Part shown: one piece after another, positions 61,965 to 64,000 of the stretch
Position numbering within the stretch: position 1 is the first letter of the stretch
Layout: each line of letters begins with the position of its first letter
Assembly (NCBI RefSeq): GCF_902652985.1
Contig: NC_047019.1
Location: 35,464,001 to 35,528,000, forward strand
Direction of reading: 5' to 3'
Source: Pecten maximus
Taxonomy: Eukaryota
DNA length: 64,000 nt
Position numbers and translations under genes: made by a program
The notes under the pieces: model-generated
What the model was told of the DNA's origin: nothing
Seen by the model: only the letters and a program-made list of their open reading frames with translations
The model's database searches: none

Positions 61965-62950
61965 GATACCAGACGTGGATACAGCCTTCGACCTCAAGTG
62001 GGCGGATTGTCACGATACCAGATACGGACACAGCCTTCAAGTGGGAGGATTGTCGTGATACCAGACGCAGACACAGCCTTCTATTGGGAAGAGTGTCACG
62101 ATACCAGACACGGACACAGCCTTCGACCTCAAGTGGGCGGATTGTCACGATACCAGACACGGACACAGCCTTCAAGTGGGAGGATTGTCGTGATACCAGA
62201 CGCAGACACAGCCTTCTATTGGGAGGAGTGTCACGATACCAGACACGGACACAGCCTTCGACCTCAAGTGGGCGGATTGTCACGATACCAGACACGGACA
62301 CAGCCTTCAAGTGGGAGGATTGTCGTGATACCAGACGCAGACACAGCCTTCGAGTGGGAGGAGTGTAGCGATACCAGACGCGGACACAGCCTTCGACCTC
62401 AAGTGGGCGGATTGTCACGATACCAGACAAGGACACTCTCAAGTGGGAGGATTGTCGTGATACCAGATGCAGACACAGCCTTCGACCTCAAGTGGGCGGA
62501 TTGTCACGATACCAGACACAGACACAGCCTTCAAGTGGGAGGATTGTCGTGATACCAGATGCAGACACAGCCTTTGACCTCAAGTGGGCGGATTGTCACG
62601 ATACCAGACACAGACACAGCCTTCAAGTGGGAGGATTGTCGTGATACCAGATGCAGACACAGCCTTCGACCTCAAGTGGGCGGATTGTCACGATACCAGA
62701 CACGGACACAGCCTTCCATTTGGAGGATTGTCATGATACCAGATGCTGACACATCCTTCAAGTGGGAGGAGTGTCGCGATACCAGACGCGGACACAGCCT
62801 TCGAGTGGGAGGAGTGTCGCGATACCAGATGCGGACACAGCCTTCGAGTGAGAGGAGTGTCGGGATACCAGACACGGGAACATCCTTTGAGTGGGAGGAG
62901 TGTCGCGATACCAGACGTGGACACAGTCTTCGAGTGGGAGGAGTGTCGCG
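61965..62950 (+). repeat. Compound minisatellite of 43- and 49-bp monomers with 135-bp and 92-bp higher-order units
   Basis: GATACCAGA recurs at 62014, 62057, 62100, 62149, 62192, 62235, 62284, 62327, 62370, 62419 (spacing 43, 43, 49). About 22 monomers in total. Confidence 0.93.
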
Positions 62951-63069
62951 AAAGGCCTGTATCAGTTGGATTTGACCAAACGTCAAAATAATGTTCTTGT
63001 TCACGTCGTTAATATGTTAATAACACTATTTGTTGAAGTCAAACAATGTTATGTATGGTTATGGATGGG

Positions 63070-63430
63070 GGTCTCAACTGCTTTAAAGATGAAGTCCAGA
63101 CTCCATAGGGGTGTGAAAAGATCTCGGGGATTGTTTTTACAACCTGATTTTGTTTAAAGAAACTTAAGTCCCTATGGATGGGGAAAGACCCCTGGACCTA
63201 TTTTTACATCAGGATTGTGTTTATCTCTTGATGCTTAACAATACTACATGTATATTTGGTTAAAGGGCAGGGATCTCAACCGTTTTCAAAACTATAACCA
63301 AGAAACTAAGTCCCTTGGGGTGGGGAAAGACCCCAGGGCCCATTTTTACAACAGGGTTGTGTTTATCTCTTTATGATACAATGCTATATATGGTTATATG
63401 GTGGGGATCTGAACGGTTTCAAAACTACAT
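63070..63430 (+). repeat. Diverged tandem repeat of about 140 bp (about 2.5 copies)
   Basis: GAAACT.AAGTCCCT..GG.TGGGGAAAGACCCC...ATTTTTACA.CAGG.TTGTGTTTATCTCT at about 63159 and about 63302. Confidence 0.7.
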
Positions 63431-63439
63431 GTAGCAATG

Positions 63440-64000
63440 AAAAGGACTTACTTCTACTGGGCCCCGTCCTTTGGCCTCAGGGGGGTCAGTCTCCATTTAT
63501 GCAAAATCTGTTCCATTTCCCTTAAGGATGTTTTGACCATATTTGGTTCAAATCCATTCAGTACTTCGTGACAAGTAGCGATTTAAAGGACTTGCCCCTA
63601 TTTCCCCTATTGGACCCGTCCCCTCTTGCCCCAGGGGTGTCAGTCACCATTTATTCAAAATCTGTTCCCCCTTCCCGAAGAATGTTTCTGACCAAATTTG
63701 ATGAAAATCCATTACTTTACTTTATGACAAGTAACGATTTAAAGGATTTGCTTCTATTTCCTTTATTGAGCCCAGTCCCTCTCATGGCCCCAGGGGGGTC
63801 AGGGTAACAATTTATGCAAAATCTGTTTATCTTCTAATAAGGATGTTTCTGACCAAATTTGGTTAAATCCATTCAGTACTTTGTGAGAAATAGTGATTTA
63901 AAGGACTTGCCTCTATTTCCCCTATTGGGCTCTGGCCCAAGGGGGTGGGGGTGTGTGTGTCAGAGGCACCATGCAAAATCTGTACCTTCCCCTAAGAATG
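63440..64000 (+). repeat. Diverged tandem array of about 150-160 bp (HINE-type satellite), running off the window end
   Basis: AAAGGACTTGC...TTTCCCCTATTG...CAGGGGG...CAAAATCTGT...GATGTTT.TGACCAAATTTGGTT.AAATCCATT recurs about 3.5 times. Confidence 0.7.

Noticed and set aside
61939-63004. Overlapping repetitive ORFs on both strands, or a CRISPR array
   Set aside because: These are by-products of the 135-bp tandem unit being a multiple of 3. No spacers, no recognisable domain and no exon context.

Overview
AT-rich, intron-containing eukaryotic genomic DNA, probably a bivalve mollusc (inferred from the repeat families; not proven). It holds three spliced host genes, reconstructed by hand with GT-AG, phase-consistent junctions. 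SINHCAF/FAM60A is on the - strand (4 coding exons, about 290 aa). It lies head-to-head with a PP6 regulatory subunit gene, PPP6R3/SAPS-like, on the + strand (25 coding exons, about 982 aa). POLR2F/RPB6 is on the + strand (5 exons, about 125 aa). A complete, apparently very young Ty3/Gypsy LTR retrotransposon (50071-56570) sits 76 bp upstream of the POLR2F ATG. It has identical 249-bp LTRs, a GCACC target-site duplication (TSD), intact gag and pol, and a UUUAAAC -1 frameshift site followed by a hairpin. Its Gag begins with a ComEA/EEPD1-like helix-hairpin-helix (HhH) DNA-binding domain, which is the most unusual feature seen. Two inverted copies of a Helentron-type non-autonomous element carrying 155-bp satellite arrays flank the SINHCAF-PPP6R3 pair. 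The introns contain MITEs, SINE fragments and minisatellites; one minisatellite is a 13-copy amplification of a real splice donor.
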